Below, one piece after another: positions 22,257-32,264 of a stretch of 64,000 nucleotides of DNA. Under the pieces are notes generated by a model. That model did no database searches. It worked only from the letters and a program-made list of their open reading frames with translations, and was not told where the DNA came from. The position numbers and the translations under genes are program-made. Within the stretch, counting starts at the first letter, position 1; every line of letters starts with the position of its first letter. Where the stretch lies: positions 65,432 through 129,431 of the forward strand of contig JAXGYV010000004.1 of the NCBI GenBank assembly GCA_040772045.1. Direction: 5' to 3'. The stretch is from Thermoleophilia bacterium. Lineage in GTDB: Bacteria; Actinomycetota; Thermoleophilia; UBA2241.

Positions 22257-22602
22257 GAAGCGCCCGCTCGTGCCGTGCGTGGCTGGCTGCCGCGGGCGCT
22301 CAGTCTGCCTGGCCACCGGTCCGGGGTGGCTTAACGGCCCCACTGATGATCCGTGCCGCCACATCGTCCGAGTCTATGACGTAGGCATGATGCTCAACCT
22401 GGGCGCGTAGTGCTTCCACACGAAGCCGCCGCCCGCAGAGAGCTGCGTCTGGCTGTCGTGGTTGCCCTGTGTTGGCGAGGCATCCATCCTGAGCGTGGTG
22501 GGTCATTGGCTGCTCCTCCCGGTCCTCTAGACTCATCGGAGCGGGAGGGCCGCCAGTTTACAAACTCCCGTAAACAGCCGAGACTGCACTTGTTCTGCGC
22601 TC

Positions 22603-23910
22603 ATGCTCTCGCGACAGGTGGGTGCGGGGGCGGAGAGCGCGACAACGGCCGAAGACACGAGAGCAACACAGCCGGGGGTGCCAGTGCTGATCAGTATCAA
22701 CGAAGCGCTCGACGCAGTCTTGGGCGCGGTGGCGACCGGCGGCGTGGAATCCGTGCCGCTCCTCGACGCTCTCGGGCGGACGCTTGCGGAAGACGTCGTC
22801 GCCCCCGACGACGTGCCACCGTTCTCCAACTCCGCGATGGATGGCTTCGCGCTGCGCGTCGCCGACCAGACCGGGCGACGTTCCCTGCGGTTGGTAGCGG
22901 AGATCCCCGCGGGGCACGTGTTCCCTGAGGAGCTGCCGCCGGGCGGTGTGGCGCGCATCATGACGGGAGCTCCTCTGCCGCCAGGCGCCGACGCCGTGGT
23001 CGAAGTGGAGGCCACGACCGTGTGTGGCGAGGAGGTGGAGATCGAGAACCCGGTGGAAAGAGGGCGGAATGTGCGCTACGTCGGCGAAGACGTGCGCCGC
23101 GGCAGTACCCTGCTGACGGCGGGGGACGCTATCGAGGCCGCGCACCTCGGAGTGCTCGCCTCCGCCGGCGTGGCGCGGGTGCGGGTGGCTCGCCGCCCGT
23201 CGGTGGCCATCCTCTCCACGGGCAGCGAGCTGGTTCCGATCGACCAGCGGCCTGGGCCAGGGCAGATCCGCAACTCGAACTCCTACACCGCCTACGGTCA
23301 GGCTAGAGAGGCAGGAGCAGCACCCGTGCTGCTCGGCATCGCTCGCGACGATCGCGAGGAGACGCGAGAGCAACTACGTCGGGCGCTGCGGGAGGACGTG
23401 GTGATCACCTCCGGGGGCGTGTCTGTCGGCGACTACGACTTTGTGAAGGCGGTCCAAGAGGAGCTGGGCGTAGAACGCCGGTTCTGGGGCGTGCGGACCA
23501 AGCCTGGCAAGCCGCTCGTGTTCGGCGTTCGCGACAGAACGCTGGTCTTCGGCGTACCCGGTAACCCGGTTGCGGCCATGGTCTCCTTTGAGGTGTACAT
23601 TCGGCCCGCGCTCCTGCGCATGCAGGGGCGCCGGGATGTCTGGAGGCCGTGGGTGCTGGCGACCTCGGCCGAGCCCGTGAAGCACGGCAGCGACCGCGCT
23701 GAACTGCGTCGCTGTCGCGTGTGGCAGACGGCGGATGGGCGATGGTGCTGGACGACGACGGGCCCGCAGGGGTCAGGAATTCTCAGCTCGATGGCGCTGG
23801 CTGACGGCCTTGCGCTGGTTGCGGTGGACCATCCCGGTGGGCCGACAGGGGAGCGTATGCCAGTGATGCTGCTCCGGGGGGCCGCCGCGGAGCGACCGCC
23901 GTACCCCTGA
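22603..23910 (+). CDS. moeA: molybdopterin molybdenumtransferase MoeA
   Basis: MoeA N-domain (SAMDGFA), MoCF-biosynthesis domain and MoeA C-domain. 435 aa. Confidence 0.85.
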   Translation: MLSRQVGAGAESATTAEDTRATQPGVPVLISINEALDAVLGAVATGGVESVPLLDALGRTLAEDVVAPDDVPPFSNSAMDGFALRVADQTGRRSLRLVAEIPAGHVFPEELPPGGVARIMTGAPLPPGADAVVEVEATTVCGEEVEIENPVERGRNVRYVGEDVRRGSTLLTAGDAIEAAHLGVLASAGVARVRVARRPSVAILSTGSELVPIDQRPGPGQIRNSNSYTAYGQAREAGAAPVLLGIARDDREETREQLRRALREDVVITSGGVSVGDYDFVKAVQEELGVERRFWGVRTKPGKPLVFGVRDRTLVFGVPGNPVAAMVSFEVYIRPALLRMQGRRDVWRPWVLATSAEPVKHGSDRAELRRCRVWQTADGRWCWTTTGPQGSGILSSMALADGLALVAVDHPGGPTGERMPVMLLRGAAAERPPYP

Positions 23911-23918
23911 GCAGGGGC

Positions 23919-24599
23919 TCAGCGGAAGGCATAGTCGCTGAGCCGCGCCCAAACGACGAGCCGTTGTTTGGCGCTGTACGGTGGGTGACAAGTAGTGAGA
24001 ACCAGGTCGTACCCGCGATCGTGAAGCACGCTCGTGTCAGTTGGGCGAGTCACCGTTTTCTTAGCTACGCGGTAGGTAAAGGTCGCGTAGGGTGTAACGA
24101 GTACCAGCTGGTCGCCGGGCCGCAGGCGGTCGAGATTGCGGAAGGGCGCGCCGTAGGTGGTCCGATGACCAGCGATGGCAAACGGCTGCCCTTGTCCCGG
24201 TAGTGGGGTATTGGCATAGTGCACCGGGCCGCTGCGCAGCAGCGTCTGGTCCGGGTCCGCGGCCGCGCCTCGTGCTCTGCCCTGGAGTACCACGCTGTTG
24301 AGTCCGATGCGCTTGTTCCGCAGGCGACCGATGGGCTGGCCGCTGCGGAGACGCCGCGCGAAGCGGTTCGCCAGCGAGGCGATGCGAGTGTACGGGTCGT
24401 CTGCCGCCGGCGATGGCGACTGCCGCCGGAGCGCGCGCAAGAATGCCTGCTCCGACTGGCGATAGGTCTCTCCAAGCCGAGCTTGCTGGACCTCCGCGTA
24501 GCCGGCCGACCAGAGGGGGTAAGCGAGCACAATGCCACCGGCGATAATCAAGCAGCTCGAGAGCTGGCGCACCAGCCGATGTCGCGTCATGCGTTGCAT
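23919..24599 (-). CDS. sortase family transpeptidase (class E-like)
   Basis: N-terminal TM anchor and the catalytic TLxTC motif (LVLTTCHP). The likely start is the internal ATG (MQRMTRHRL...), giving ~226 aa. The track ORF extends further to 24812. Confidence 0.7.
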   Translation of the reverse strand: MQRMTRHRLVRQLSSCLIIAGGIVLAYPLWSAGYAEVQQARLGETYRQSEQAFLRALRRQSPSPAADDPYTRIASLANRFARRLRSGQPIGRLRNKRIGLNSVVLQGRARGAAADPDQTLLRSGPVHYANTPLPGQGQPFAIAGHRTTYGAPFRNLDRLRPGDQLVLVTPYATFTYRVAKKTVTRPTDTSVLHDRGYDLVLTTCHPPYSAKQRLVVWARLSDYAFR

Positions 24600-24643
24600 A
24601 TGCCCATGGTACACTGGGCGGCCGGGGTTCCGAGGAGGTATGA

Positions 24644-25126
24644 GTGCGGTCCTGTAGCGACGTCCACAACTACCTGATGGAGCAGGACGTGCCACACGAG
24701 GTTCTCCACCTCCCGGCCCTCGCCAGGACGGCGCGGGCGGCATCCGAGCTCTTAGCGGTGCCGCTGGCCGATGTCGTGAAGACGCTGGTCTTCCTCCTCG
24801 ACGACAAACCAACGCTGGTCCTGATCGCTGGAGACCAGGTCGCCGACGCGAAGCGGCTCGCCGCCGTAACGGGTGCGCTCGAGGTCGCCCAGGTGCGCGG
24901 CAAGCAGGTGTTCGATATCACGGGGTACCGAGCGGGAGCGGTCCCCCCCTGCGGTCTGGCTACGACGTTGCCGGCGATCGCCGACGCGCGCATCTTCCTC
25001 CGCGATGTGGTGTACTGCGGCGGCGGTGCCACAGCGACCATGCTGAAGCTGAGGAGTAGCGATCTGCGACACCTTCTGCGGCCCGCAGTGGCCGACATCG
25101 CCACGATGAAGACTGAGCGCACCTAG
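24644..25126 (+). CDS. YbaK/EbsC-type aminoacyl-tRNA deacylase domain protein
   Basis: 160 aa with the YbaK/ProX deacylase fold pattern (conserved GGG...K region). Confidence 0.75.
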   Translation: MRSCSDVHNYLMEQDVPHEVLHLPALARTARAASELLAVPLADVVKTLVFLLDDKPTLVLIAGDQVADAKRLAAVTGALEVAQVRGKQVFDITGYRAGAVPPCGLATTLPAIADARIFLRDVVYCGGGATATMLKLRSSDLRHLLRPAVADIATMKTERT

Positions 25127-25141
25127 ACTGCGGGGTCATGG

Positions 25142-26134
25142 ATGCACGAGTGGAGCGGTCGAATTCCACAGGGGCGGCCTGTCGATGCGGGCAAGCCCGC
25201 GCGGCGAGAGCACGCGGAGACTCCTACGCCGAGCGGGCGCCGTACACCGGAGCGCGGCCTCCTGGCGGGTATGGCGTGTGCCGCGAAGGCAGCTCGTTTG
25301 ATGATCGGTCTCATCGCCGCCACCGCGCTCATCGTGGGCTGCGGAGGAGACGGAGAGAGTGGGCAAGCGCCGTTATCGCCGATGGAGCGGTGTACGCAGG
25401 TGCTGGGCCATAAGCCGCAGGGGCTGGCACGTACGGTCGCCACGTCGGGCGCGCTGGTTGTCGCCACGGCCGGCGATTACCCTCCGCAGAGCTGGGTGGA
25501 CGACCACGGTAAGCTCGTCGGATTCGATGTCGAAGTGGCGAAGCGCGTCGGCGATCTCCTGGGCGTGGAGGTGAACTTCATCACGCCAGAGTGGGACGCC
25601 GTCCCGGCCGCCCTCGCGGGCGGCAAGGTGCAGGTCTCTATCGGCTCGCTCGCGCCGTCAGAGGAACTCGAGCAGGCGCTCATGTTCAGCACGCCGTACT
25701 ACGCTATGCCAGCGCGAGTGGCGGTGAAGAAGGGATCGCCCAAGCTCGCTGGCGCCAGCGGCCTGGCCGGTAAGAAGGTGGGGGTAGGAGCGCAGACGAC
25801 GTACTTCTATTGGCTGCGGGAGCACACCCAGGCGGTCATTAAGACCTATACCGCCGAGGCTGACACGTTCCCGGAACTGGCCGCCGGCCGCCTCGACGCG
25901 GTTGTGGCGGCTGGTCCGACACTGGCTCAGGCCATCCGGTCGGGCCAGCCCTTCGTCCTCTCGGGAAAACCGTTGTTCTCCCAGGAATTCGCCTTCGCCG
26001 TGCGGCAGGGGGAGGCCGACCTCCTCGCGCTGATGGAGTACGCGATCCGCACACTGAGCGACGACGGATCGCTCAGCAGGCTCACCAGGGAGTGGTTTGG
26101 TGGCGCCGACCTGAGTATCTCCGCCGAGAACTAA
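25142..26134 (+). CDS. amino-acid ABC transporter substrate-binding lipoprotein (family 3 SBP)
   Basis: Lipoprotein signal (LIVGCGG) and a periplasmic-binding-protein type 2 fold typical of polar amino-acid SBPs. Confidence 0.8.
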   Translation: MHEWSGRIPQGRPVDAGKPARREHAETPTPSGRRTPERGLLAGMACAAKAARLMIGLIAATALIVGCGGDGESGQAPLSPMERCTQVLGHKPQGLARTVATSGALVVATAGDYPPQSWVDDHGKLVGFDVEVAKRVGDLLGVEVNFITPEWDAVPAALAGGKVQVSIGSLAPSEELEQALMFSTPYYAMPARVAVKKGSPKLAGASGLAGKKVGVGAQTTYFYWLREHTQAVIKTYTAEADTFPELAAGRLDAVVAAGPTLAQAIRSGQPFVLSGKPLFSQEFAFAVRQGEADLLALMEYAIRTLSDDGSLSRLTREWFGGADLSISAEN

Positions 26135-26173
26135 CGGCGACACAGGACGACCGCTCGCCTATGATCTCGGGGA

Positions 26174-27232
26174 TCAGACCACCGTGTGGGCGGTCGCGGC
26201 GTTCGTCCAGCCATAGGCCACGGCGGTGTACGCGGCAGCGAAGCGCAGCTCGTCTCCGAGTTGCACCGGGGGCTCGGCGTCGGTGACATCGAGCACGGTG
26301 TGGTCGGAGCTAGCACTGACGATGCTCACCCCAGGGTGCGTCGGGGTGAGGAACGAGACGCTCAGATCCGTCTCTCCCATGGCGCAGATAGCGCGTCGGC
26401 GCACGCCAAGGTCGGGCCACTGGCGGCGGCGATGGAACGCGTCGATGCCGACCGCGCCATCCGGCGCCGAGGGCTTGTCTTTCAGCTCGATAACCTCGGC
26501 AAACGCGGTGAAGGTGTCGGTGTGGGGCACGGGCAGGGCGGCCCCGGTGGTCATGTCGGTTCCGAACAGGATGCCTTCGCCGACGCGCAATTGCGTGAAG
26601 CGTTCCGGCACCGCCCCCTCCATCACGAGGTGAAGGTTGCCGGTGTGGCCTCCGGAGACGGTTCGCAGCCGGAGGCCCAGCTTGCCCTCGATCTCGAGGG
26701 CTAACGTGGCGAAGCGCTCCTGATTCTCTCTGGTGGGGAGCACGCCGCACAGGCAGTTGAGGCAGACGGCCACGCCCTCGAGCTCGAGCCCCGGGAGATC
26801 GAGGACCAGGCGGCACAGGCCGGCTGCCTCATGGGGCATGACGCCCTCGCGACGATCACCGGCCTCGACGACGACGAGCACCCGGTGGGCGATGCCCTGA
26901 CGCACCGCGGACGCGGACAGAGCACGCACCACGAGCTCCTCGGAGTTCAGGCTCACTTGGGTGCGCGCGACGACCTCGTCGATCTCGCTCAGCGCAGGGA
27001 GCCGGAGCAGCATGATGTCGCAGTCGACACCGGCCTGGCGGAGGCGACGGATGTTGTCAAGTCGCGATTCGCCGATCATGACGCATCCGCCGGCGAGCAT
27101 GGCGCGGGCGATGTCGGGCTCGCCGCAGACGCACTTGCTGACGCCGACGACCTCAATGCCCCAAGGTGCGCAGAGTGCCACCACTGCCTCGGTATTCGCC
27201 TTGATCTTCCGGCAGTCGGCCTCGATCCTCAT
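26174..27232 (-). CDS. alanine racemase N-terminal-fold PLP enzyme (YhfX / ornithine-racemase-like family)
   Basis: TIM-barrel PLP-binding N-domain plus C-terminal beta domain typical of fold-type III racemase-like proteins. Lacks clear alanine racemase active-site motifs. Confidence 0.65.
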   Translation of the reverse strand: MRIEADCRKIKANTEAVVALCAPWGIEVVGVSKCVCGEPDIARAMLAGGCVMIGESRLDNIRRLRQAGVDCDIMLLRLPALSEIDEVVARTQVSLNSEELVVRALSASAVRQGIAHRVLVVVEAGDRREGVMPHEAAGLCRLVLDLPGLELEGVAVCLNCLCGVLPTRENQERFATLALEIEGKLGLRLRTVSGGHTGNLHLVMEGAVPERFTQLRVGEGILFGTDMTTGAALPVPHTDTFTAFAEVIELKDKPSAPDGAVGIDAFHRRRQWPDLGVRRRAICAMGETDLSVSFLTPTHPGVSIVSASSDHTVLDVTDAEPPVQLGDELRFAAAYTAVAYGWTNAATAHTVV

Positions 27233-27958
27233 GGCCGCGACCCCCCCCTGTGGCGAGCGCGTTTCGCTTGATGGCGGCGAGAGGTATTGCTGACGCTACT
27301 TTATAGCTTCTCGCTCGTCTGCGTGGTGAGTCCGATTGCGCCAGTCCGCTCGAGCGAGCCAGAGCATCAGTGCCACGGCGTAAGCGGGCTCTGTGGGGAA
27401 TCGCCAGGGTCGCGGCTGGCCTTCTCCGCAAAACGGACGGCGGCTAACCGATCGGTCAGTGGCCAGTGTGGCACGCTGGTGCCGGGGATGCGCGAGTCCG
27501 AGCCTCTGGCATGGGACGCTTTATGCACGAGTGCAATGGATGAATACAAGCACGGTCGAGAAGGTGGTACAGTGCAATCGGTTGCACGGACGTGACTGGT
27601 GACGTTTTTTGTCAGAGCCGCCGCGGGAGCGCACGTGGCCGCGGTGGGGCTGGCGCAAGGGGAGGCTGCCGGTGCGCGGCAAAGGGAGCGAGTACGTCTC
27701 GTGGCAGGTTGCGTGGGTGCGCACGTCCTCTCGGAATCCATCGCCAGAGTCCCCGGAGCGCACAGCAAAGCCGCTGCGGCGGACGGCCGTGACCGAGTGG
27801 CGGCCTCGCCGAAAGTGGTGCACGGGGGTGCTTCTGGCGAGAGACAACTCCTGCTCTCGGTCAGGTGGGACATGGCGAGGTCCGGCCGGCCGAGGCGCTC
27901 TCTCCAGAGGCGGCGGCCCGTCGCGAAGGGGGTAAGCATCGTGGGGGAAGGAGAGGAT

Positions 27959-29251
27959 GTGACCCAACACTGGAAAGACATCCCACTGTTCAAAGGCGTC
28001 ACCGACGAGGAGTGGCACGATTGGCGCTGGCAGCTGCGTAATCGCCTCACCACGGTGGAAGACTTCGACCACGTGCTCGTGATGACGGAGGCGCAGCGTG
28101 AGGACCTGCGCCGCTGTATGGGAAAGTTCCGGGTGGCCGTCACCCCGTACTACGCGTCGCTCATGGACCCCAACGACCCGGCGTGCCCGGTGCGTATGCA
28201 GGGCGTGCCCTCTCCGCTCGAGCTAGTAGTACGTGAGGAGGACATGGAGGACGCGATCGCCGAGACGATCGACTCGCCTACGCCCAGCCTCACTCATCGG
28301 TACCCCGATCGGGTGTTATTCGTAGTCACGGAGATGTGCTCCATGTACTGTCGCCACTGTACGCGGCGGCGCATCGTGGGCGGTCACGAGTCGATCGTCT
28401 CCCAGAAGGTCATCGATGACGCCATCACCTACATCCAGCGCAACAGGGAAGTCCGCGATGTGCTCATCAGCGGCGGGGATCCACTGGTGCTCGGCGACGA
28501 CCAGCTGGAAGAGATCATCGCCCGAGTGCGTGCGATCGATCACGTGGAGATCATCCGCGTGGGCTCGCGCATGCCGGTAGTGTGTCCGCAGCGGGTGACT
28601 GCCGAGCTGTGCGCGATGCTGAAGAAGTACCACCCGCTCTACCTGAACACGCACTTCAACCATCCGAAGGAGATCACGCCGGATTCCGCAAGGGCCTGCG
28701 GCATGCTCGCCGACGCGGGCATCAACCTCGGCAACCAGAGCGTCCTCCTGCGTGGCATCAACGACTGCGCACACGTGATGAAGCGACTCGTTCAGGGTCT
28801 GGTACGCATCCGTGTGAAGCCGTACTATTATTACCAGTGCGATCTCGCCATGGGGACCAATCACTTCCGCACGTCGGTCGCCAAGGGCATAGAGATCTAC
28901 GAGAGCCTGCGGGGCCACACTACGGGCTTCGCCGTGCCCGTCTACATCATCGACGCCATTGGGGGTGGCGGGAAGACACCTGTGACTCCCAGCTACGTTG
29001 TCTCGATGTCGCCGGGCAAGATCATCCTGCGCAACTACGAGGGCGTGATCTCCAGGTACACGGAGCCAGATGACTACGTCGAGGGGGAGTGCCGCTGTCC
29101 CGACTGTAGGGCTGAGCGCGTCCGTAAGGGTGTCGCACGTCTCTTCGACGTTCCAGACGTCACGCTCGAGGACGTATGGGCGGCGCGCATGCAGAAGGTC
29201 AAGGACCGCAAGAACGTCATGGCCGATATTCATGGGCCAGCGGAGTCGTGA
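27959..29251 (+). CDS. kamA: lysine 2,3-aminomutase (radical SAM, PLP)
   Basis: Radical-SAM motif CSMYCRHCTRRR and the C-terminal zinc/cysteine cluster CRCPDC. Full-length collinear similarity to clostridial KamA from KDIPLFKGV onward. The start is assigned to the in-frame GTG after the AAGGAG RBS. An alternative ATG lies at 27872, and the track ORF begins at 27599. Confidence 0.85.
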   Translation: MTQHWKDIPLFKGVTDEEWHDWRWQLRNRLTTVEDFDHVLVMTEAQREDLRRCMGKFRVAVTPYYASLMDPNDPACPVRMQGVPSPLELVVREEDMEDAIAETIDSPTPSLTHRYPDRVLFVVTEMCSMYCRHCTRRRIVGGHESIVSQKVIDDAITYIQRNREVRDVLISGGDPLVLGDDQLEEIIARVRAIDHVEIIRVGSRMPVVCPQRVTAELCAMLKKYHPLYLNTHFNHPKEITPDSARACGMLADAGINLGNQSVLLRGINDCAHVMKRLVQGLVRIRVKPYYYYQCDLAMGTNHFRTSVAKGIEIYESLRGHTTGFAVPVYIIDAIGGGGKTPVTPSYVVSMSPGKIILRNYEGVISRYTEPDDYVEGECRCPDCRAERVRKGVARLFDVPDVTLEDVWAARMQKVKDRKNVMADIHGPAES

Positions 29252-29370
29252 GGGCGTCTGGTTCCCGAGTGGCGGCGTGGAATAGCATGGCGTAAGAAAC
29301 CACACAAGCAGGTACGGAACACCTCGCCGGACGCCCAGCCGCGTTTGGGGGAGAGAGGCGCAGCCGAGAG

Positions 29371-31158
29371 ATGAGTGAGCGGTTGACGAAGGTGCTGGTA
29401 GAGCCGATCGGGGTGACAGTAGCTGTCTCGCCGGGACGCACGTTGCTGGATGCTCTCACCACCGCGGCCGTTTCGGTGTCCGCCGATTGCCATGGGCGTG
29501 GCACGTGCGGCAAGTGCCTTGTACGGCCTGGCGCGGGGCAAGTAACGCCGCCGACCGACATCGAGCGAGATCGACTGACCGTCGCCCAGATCGCCGAAGG
29601 GTGGCGGCTCGCCTGCCAGACGAGCCCGCTCAGCTCCTCGGTGAGCATCGAGGTGCGTCAGACGCGGGGTCGTCGGCAGATCCTCACGGCGTCACGTCTG
29701 CGCCACGGCGCAGTGCGGCCGGCCGTAGTCAAAGGGCTTGTGGAGCTCCCCCCGGCGACACTCGGCGACGCGCGCTCCGACGAGGTACGTCTGCGTGACG
29801 CGATGGCGGGTGTCGACATCCCGCTCTCCGTCATCCGGCGTCTGCCGTCCACCCTTCGGGCTGGCGAATGGCGGGCGCTCGTCACACGCCGCGGTCGTCG
29901 CGTGATCGACGTGGAACCGGCCGACGCCGGGACGGGCGCGTACGGTGCGGCAGTCGACATCGGCACGTCGAAGATCGTGGTCTATCTCTTCAACCTGCTC
30001 ACCGGTCGCCACATCGATCAAGAGGCGCTCGAGAATCCCCAGATGCGGTTTGGCGAAGATGTCGTCACGCGTATCGCGCAGGCGCTGGACGGGGGTCTCG
30101 AAGGGCTCACCCAAGCTGTGCGAGGGGGGATCAATGAGGCGCTGGAGCGCCTCTACGTCCGGCAGGGCATCCGTCCGCGGCTTCTCTGCGACATGACGGT
30201 GGTCGCCAATACAGCCATGCACCATCTCGCCCTCGGGATTTCGCCTGAGGGGCTGAGCGGTGCACCCTTCGCGCCGGCCGTTGACCGCGCCCTCGACGTG
30301 CGCGCCGCCGACCTCGCCCTGAACATGAACGCCGAGGCGAGTGTCCACTTCCTGCCCCCCATCGCCGGCTTCGTCGGCTCGGACGCGCTCGCCGTAGTGG
30401 CCGCTACGCGACTCACCTCTCGCCGACTGCCCTGCTTGGCGATCGACATCGGTACGAACACGGAGATCAGCCTCTCGGCGGGCGGGGTGGTCACCGTAAC
30501 GAGCTGCGCGTCGGGGCCGGCCTTCGAGGGCTATCAGATCACGCACGGTATGAAGGCCGTCGAAGGGGCTATCGAACGAACGAACATCTCTGGCGATGGC
30601 CGGGTGACCAGCATCGCCACTATCGGCGGCGCCGCCCCGCTGGGGATCTGCGGATCGGGAGTGGTCGACGTGCTCGCCGGTCTGCGGCGGGCGGGCGTTG
30701 TGGACCGCACGGGTCGCATGGTGCACCATGCTCGCGTGCGCTCAGGGCGCTCCGGCTTGGAGTACGTGGTTGCCACCGGCCCTGGCGGCGACATCGTGTT
30801 CACGCAGCAGGATGTGCGGGCCCTCCAGTTGGCGAAGGGCGCTATCGCCGCCGGCTGGTCACTTCTCCTGCGACGCGTGGGGCTTCGCCCAGAAGACCTG
30901 CACCGTGTGTTCGTGGCCGGCGCCTTCGGTAACTACCTCGATGTGCAGCACAGCCTCGCCCTTGGCTTGCTGCCGCCGGTCCCACCTGCCCGGGTGTCCT
31001 TCGTGGGAAACGCCGCCGGAGTGGGCGCCCAGATGGCCCTGGTCGACGTCCGCGCGCGGCGGCGCATGGCTCGTCTCCGTTCCCGAATCGAGTTCCTCGA
31101 GCTGGCCACGCACGGCGACTTCCACGAGGAGTTCAGCTCCAGGCTGGGTTTCGAGTGA
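29371..31158 (+). CDS. RACo-like protein (COG3894): N-terminal 2Fe-2S ferredoxin domain + ASKHA-fold ATPase (DUF4445)
   Basis: Plant-type ferredoxin cysteine motif CHGRGTCGKC..C at the N-terminus. The large C-terminal domain has actin/Hsp70-like phosphate-binding motifs (DIGTSKIVV, DIGTNTEI). Confidence 0.65.
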   Translation: MSERLTKVLVEPIGVTVAVSPGRTLLDALTTAAVSVSADCHGRGTCGKCLVRPGAGQVTPPTDIERDRLTVAQIAEGWRLACQTSPLSSSVSIEVRQTRGRRQILTASRLRHGAVRPAVVKGLVELPPATLGDARSDEVRLRDAMAGVDIPLSVIRRLPSTLRAGEWRALVTRRGRRVIDVEPADAGTGAYGAAVDIGTSKIVVYLFNLLTGRHIDQEALENPQMRFGEDVVTRIAQALDGGLEGLTQAVRGGINEALERLYVRQGIRPRLLCDMTVVANTAMHHLALGISPEGLSGAPFAPAVDRALDVRAADLALNMNAEASVHFLPPIAGFVGSDALAVVAATRLTSRRLPCLAIDIGTNTEISLSAGGVVTVTSCASGPAFEGYQITHGMKAVEGAIERTNISGDGRVTSIATIGGAAPLGICGSGVVDVLAGLRRAGVVDRTGRMVHHARVRSGRSGLEYVVATGPGGDIVFTQQDVRALQLAKGAIAAGWSLLLRRVGLRPEDLHRVFVAGAFGNYLDVQHSLALGLLPPVPPARVSFVGNAAGVGAQMALVDVRARRRMARLRSRIEFLELATHGDFHEEFSSRLGFE

Positions 31159-31266
31159 CCTCCTGCTTCTCGTGGAGTTCCTGAGCGTGTCGCTCACCGT
31201 CGCCCCTCTTGATCGGACGATGCGCCGGCAGGCCACGATTCGCGTGGTAGCGGAGGGGCCTCGCGG

Positions 31267-32190
31267 ATGAACACGACCGGCATGGCGCAGAGCCGCACCG
31301 CGGGGCAGGTGAAGGGGTACATGCTGGTCGCTGGCGCGTACGTGGTGTTCGGGGCCATCGGCGCGCTCGTCAACTACGCCCGCGCTCCCGAGAGCATACT
31401 GCTCGCGCTGCGCTTCACCATTGCCGCGGTGGTCCTCGCGCTGCCGCTGGCGCGGCGACGCACCCTGGCCGAGATCCTGCGCTCGGGGATCTGGTGGCGT
31501 GTCTTGCTCATGGGTATCCTGGACGCGACGGCGCTGCTCTGTCTGTTCATCGCGTTGCGAGAGACCGGCGTGGCCGCGGGCATGTTCCTGTTCTTCACGG
31601 GCCCAGTATTCGTGGCGCTGCTGGCTCCCGCGCTCACCGGGCAGGCGACCGACCGCGTGGTGTGGCTCTCGCTCGTCCTGGCGCTCGCCGGGCTTCTCTT
31701 GATCCTCATGCCCGCATTCGCGGGCACGCAGGTGTGCTTCTCCATCTACGGTGTAGTGGCTGGCCTTGCGGGGGCGATCGTGTGGGCCTTCTTCATGATG
31801 GTGATGAAAGGGCTCACGCGGACGGTCAGCAGCTCTGCCCTCGTGTTCGCGGAGTGCGTCCTGGACTGCCTATTGCTCTTGCCCCTGGGGCTCTGGCAGA
31901 TGGCGGCGTCCGACTACGTTCTGACGGGCCGCGACATGCTGTCGGCGGCCATTCTCGGCGTGGTGTGCACGGCGTTCGCCTACTGGGTCTTCGTGGCAGG
32001 AGTCGGCCTCATCAGAGTGCAGCATTCGTCAATCCTCGGCTACCTGGAGCCGGTCACGGCCCCGCTGTATGCTTTGGTGTTCCTTGGCGAGAGGCCTGTC
32101 GTCTGGACGCTTGGCGGCGGCGTTCTGATCCTGCTGGCCGGGGTCCTGGTAGTGATGTTCGGGAAGGCTGAGGAGGAAATGCACCCATGA
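31267..32190 (+). CDS. EamA/DMT superfamily transporter
   Basis: About 10 TM helices with a duplicated EamA domain pattern. Confidence 0.8.
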   Translation: MNTTGMAQSRTAGQVKGYMLVAGAYVVFGAIGALVNYARAPESILLALRFTIAAVVLALPLARRRTLAEILRSGIWWRVLLMGILDATALLCLFIALRETGVAAGMFLFFTGPVFVALLAPALTGQATDRVVWLSLVLALAGLLLILMPAFAGTQVCFSIYGVVAGLAGAIVWAFFMMVMKGLTRTVSSSALVFAECVLDCLLLLPLGLWQMAASDYVLTGRDMLSAAILGVVCTAFAYWVFVAGVGLIRVQHSSILGYLEPVTAPLYALVFLGERPVVWTLGGGVLILLAGVLVVMFGKAEEEMHP

Positions 32191-32264
32191 GGCTCAGCGC
32201 CCGTGTCTCGTGAGCTCGAGTGCTGAGAACACGGTCAGGTCCCCTTTCTCTCGGGAGGCGCTCG

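Noticed and set aside
22300-22536. 78-aa minus-strand ORF in the moeA leader
   Set aside because: No RBS, no recognisable motif, and it lies antisense in a region with hairpins suggestive of regulatory RNA or DNA. Likely spurious.
27599-27958. N-terminal 120 codons of track ORF 27599..29251 as part of KamA
   Set aside because: Homology to characterised KamA begins at KDIPLFKG. The upstream translation is Ala/Arg-rich with no similarity. An RBS (AAGGAG) precedes the in-frame GTG at 27959, which I preferred (with ATG 27872 as an alternative).
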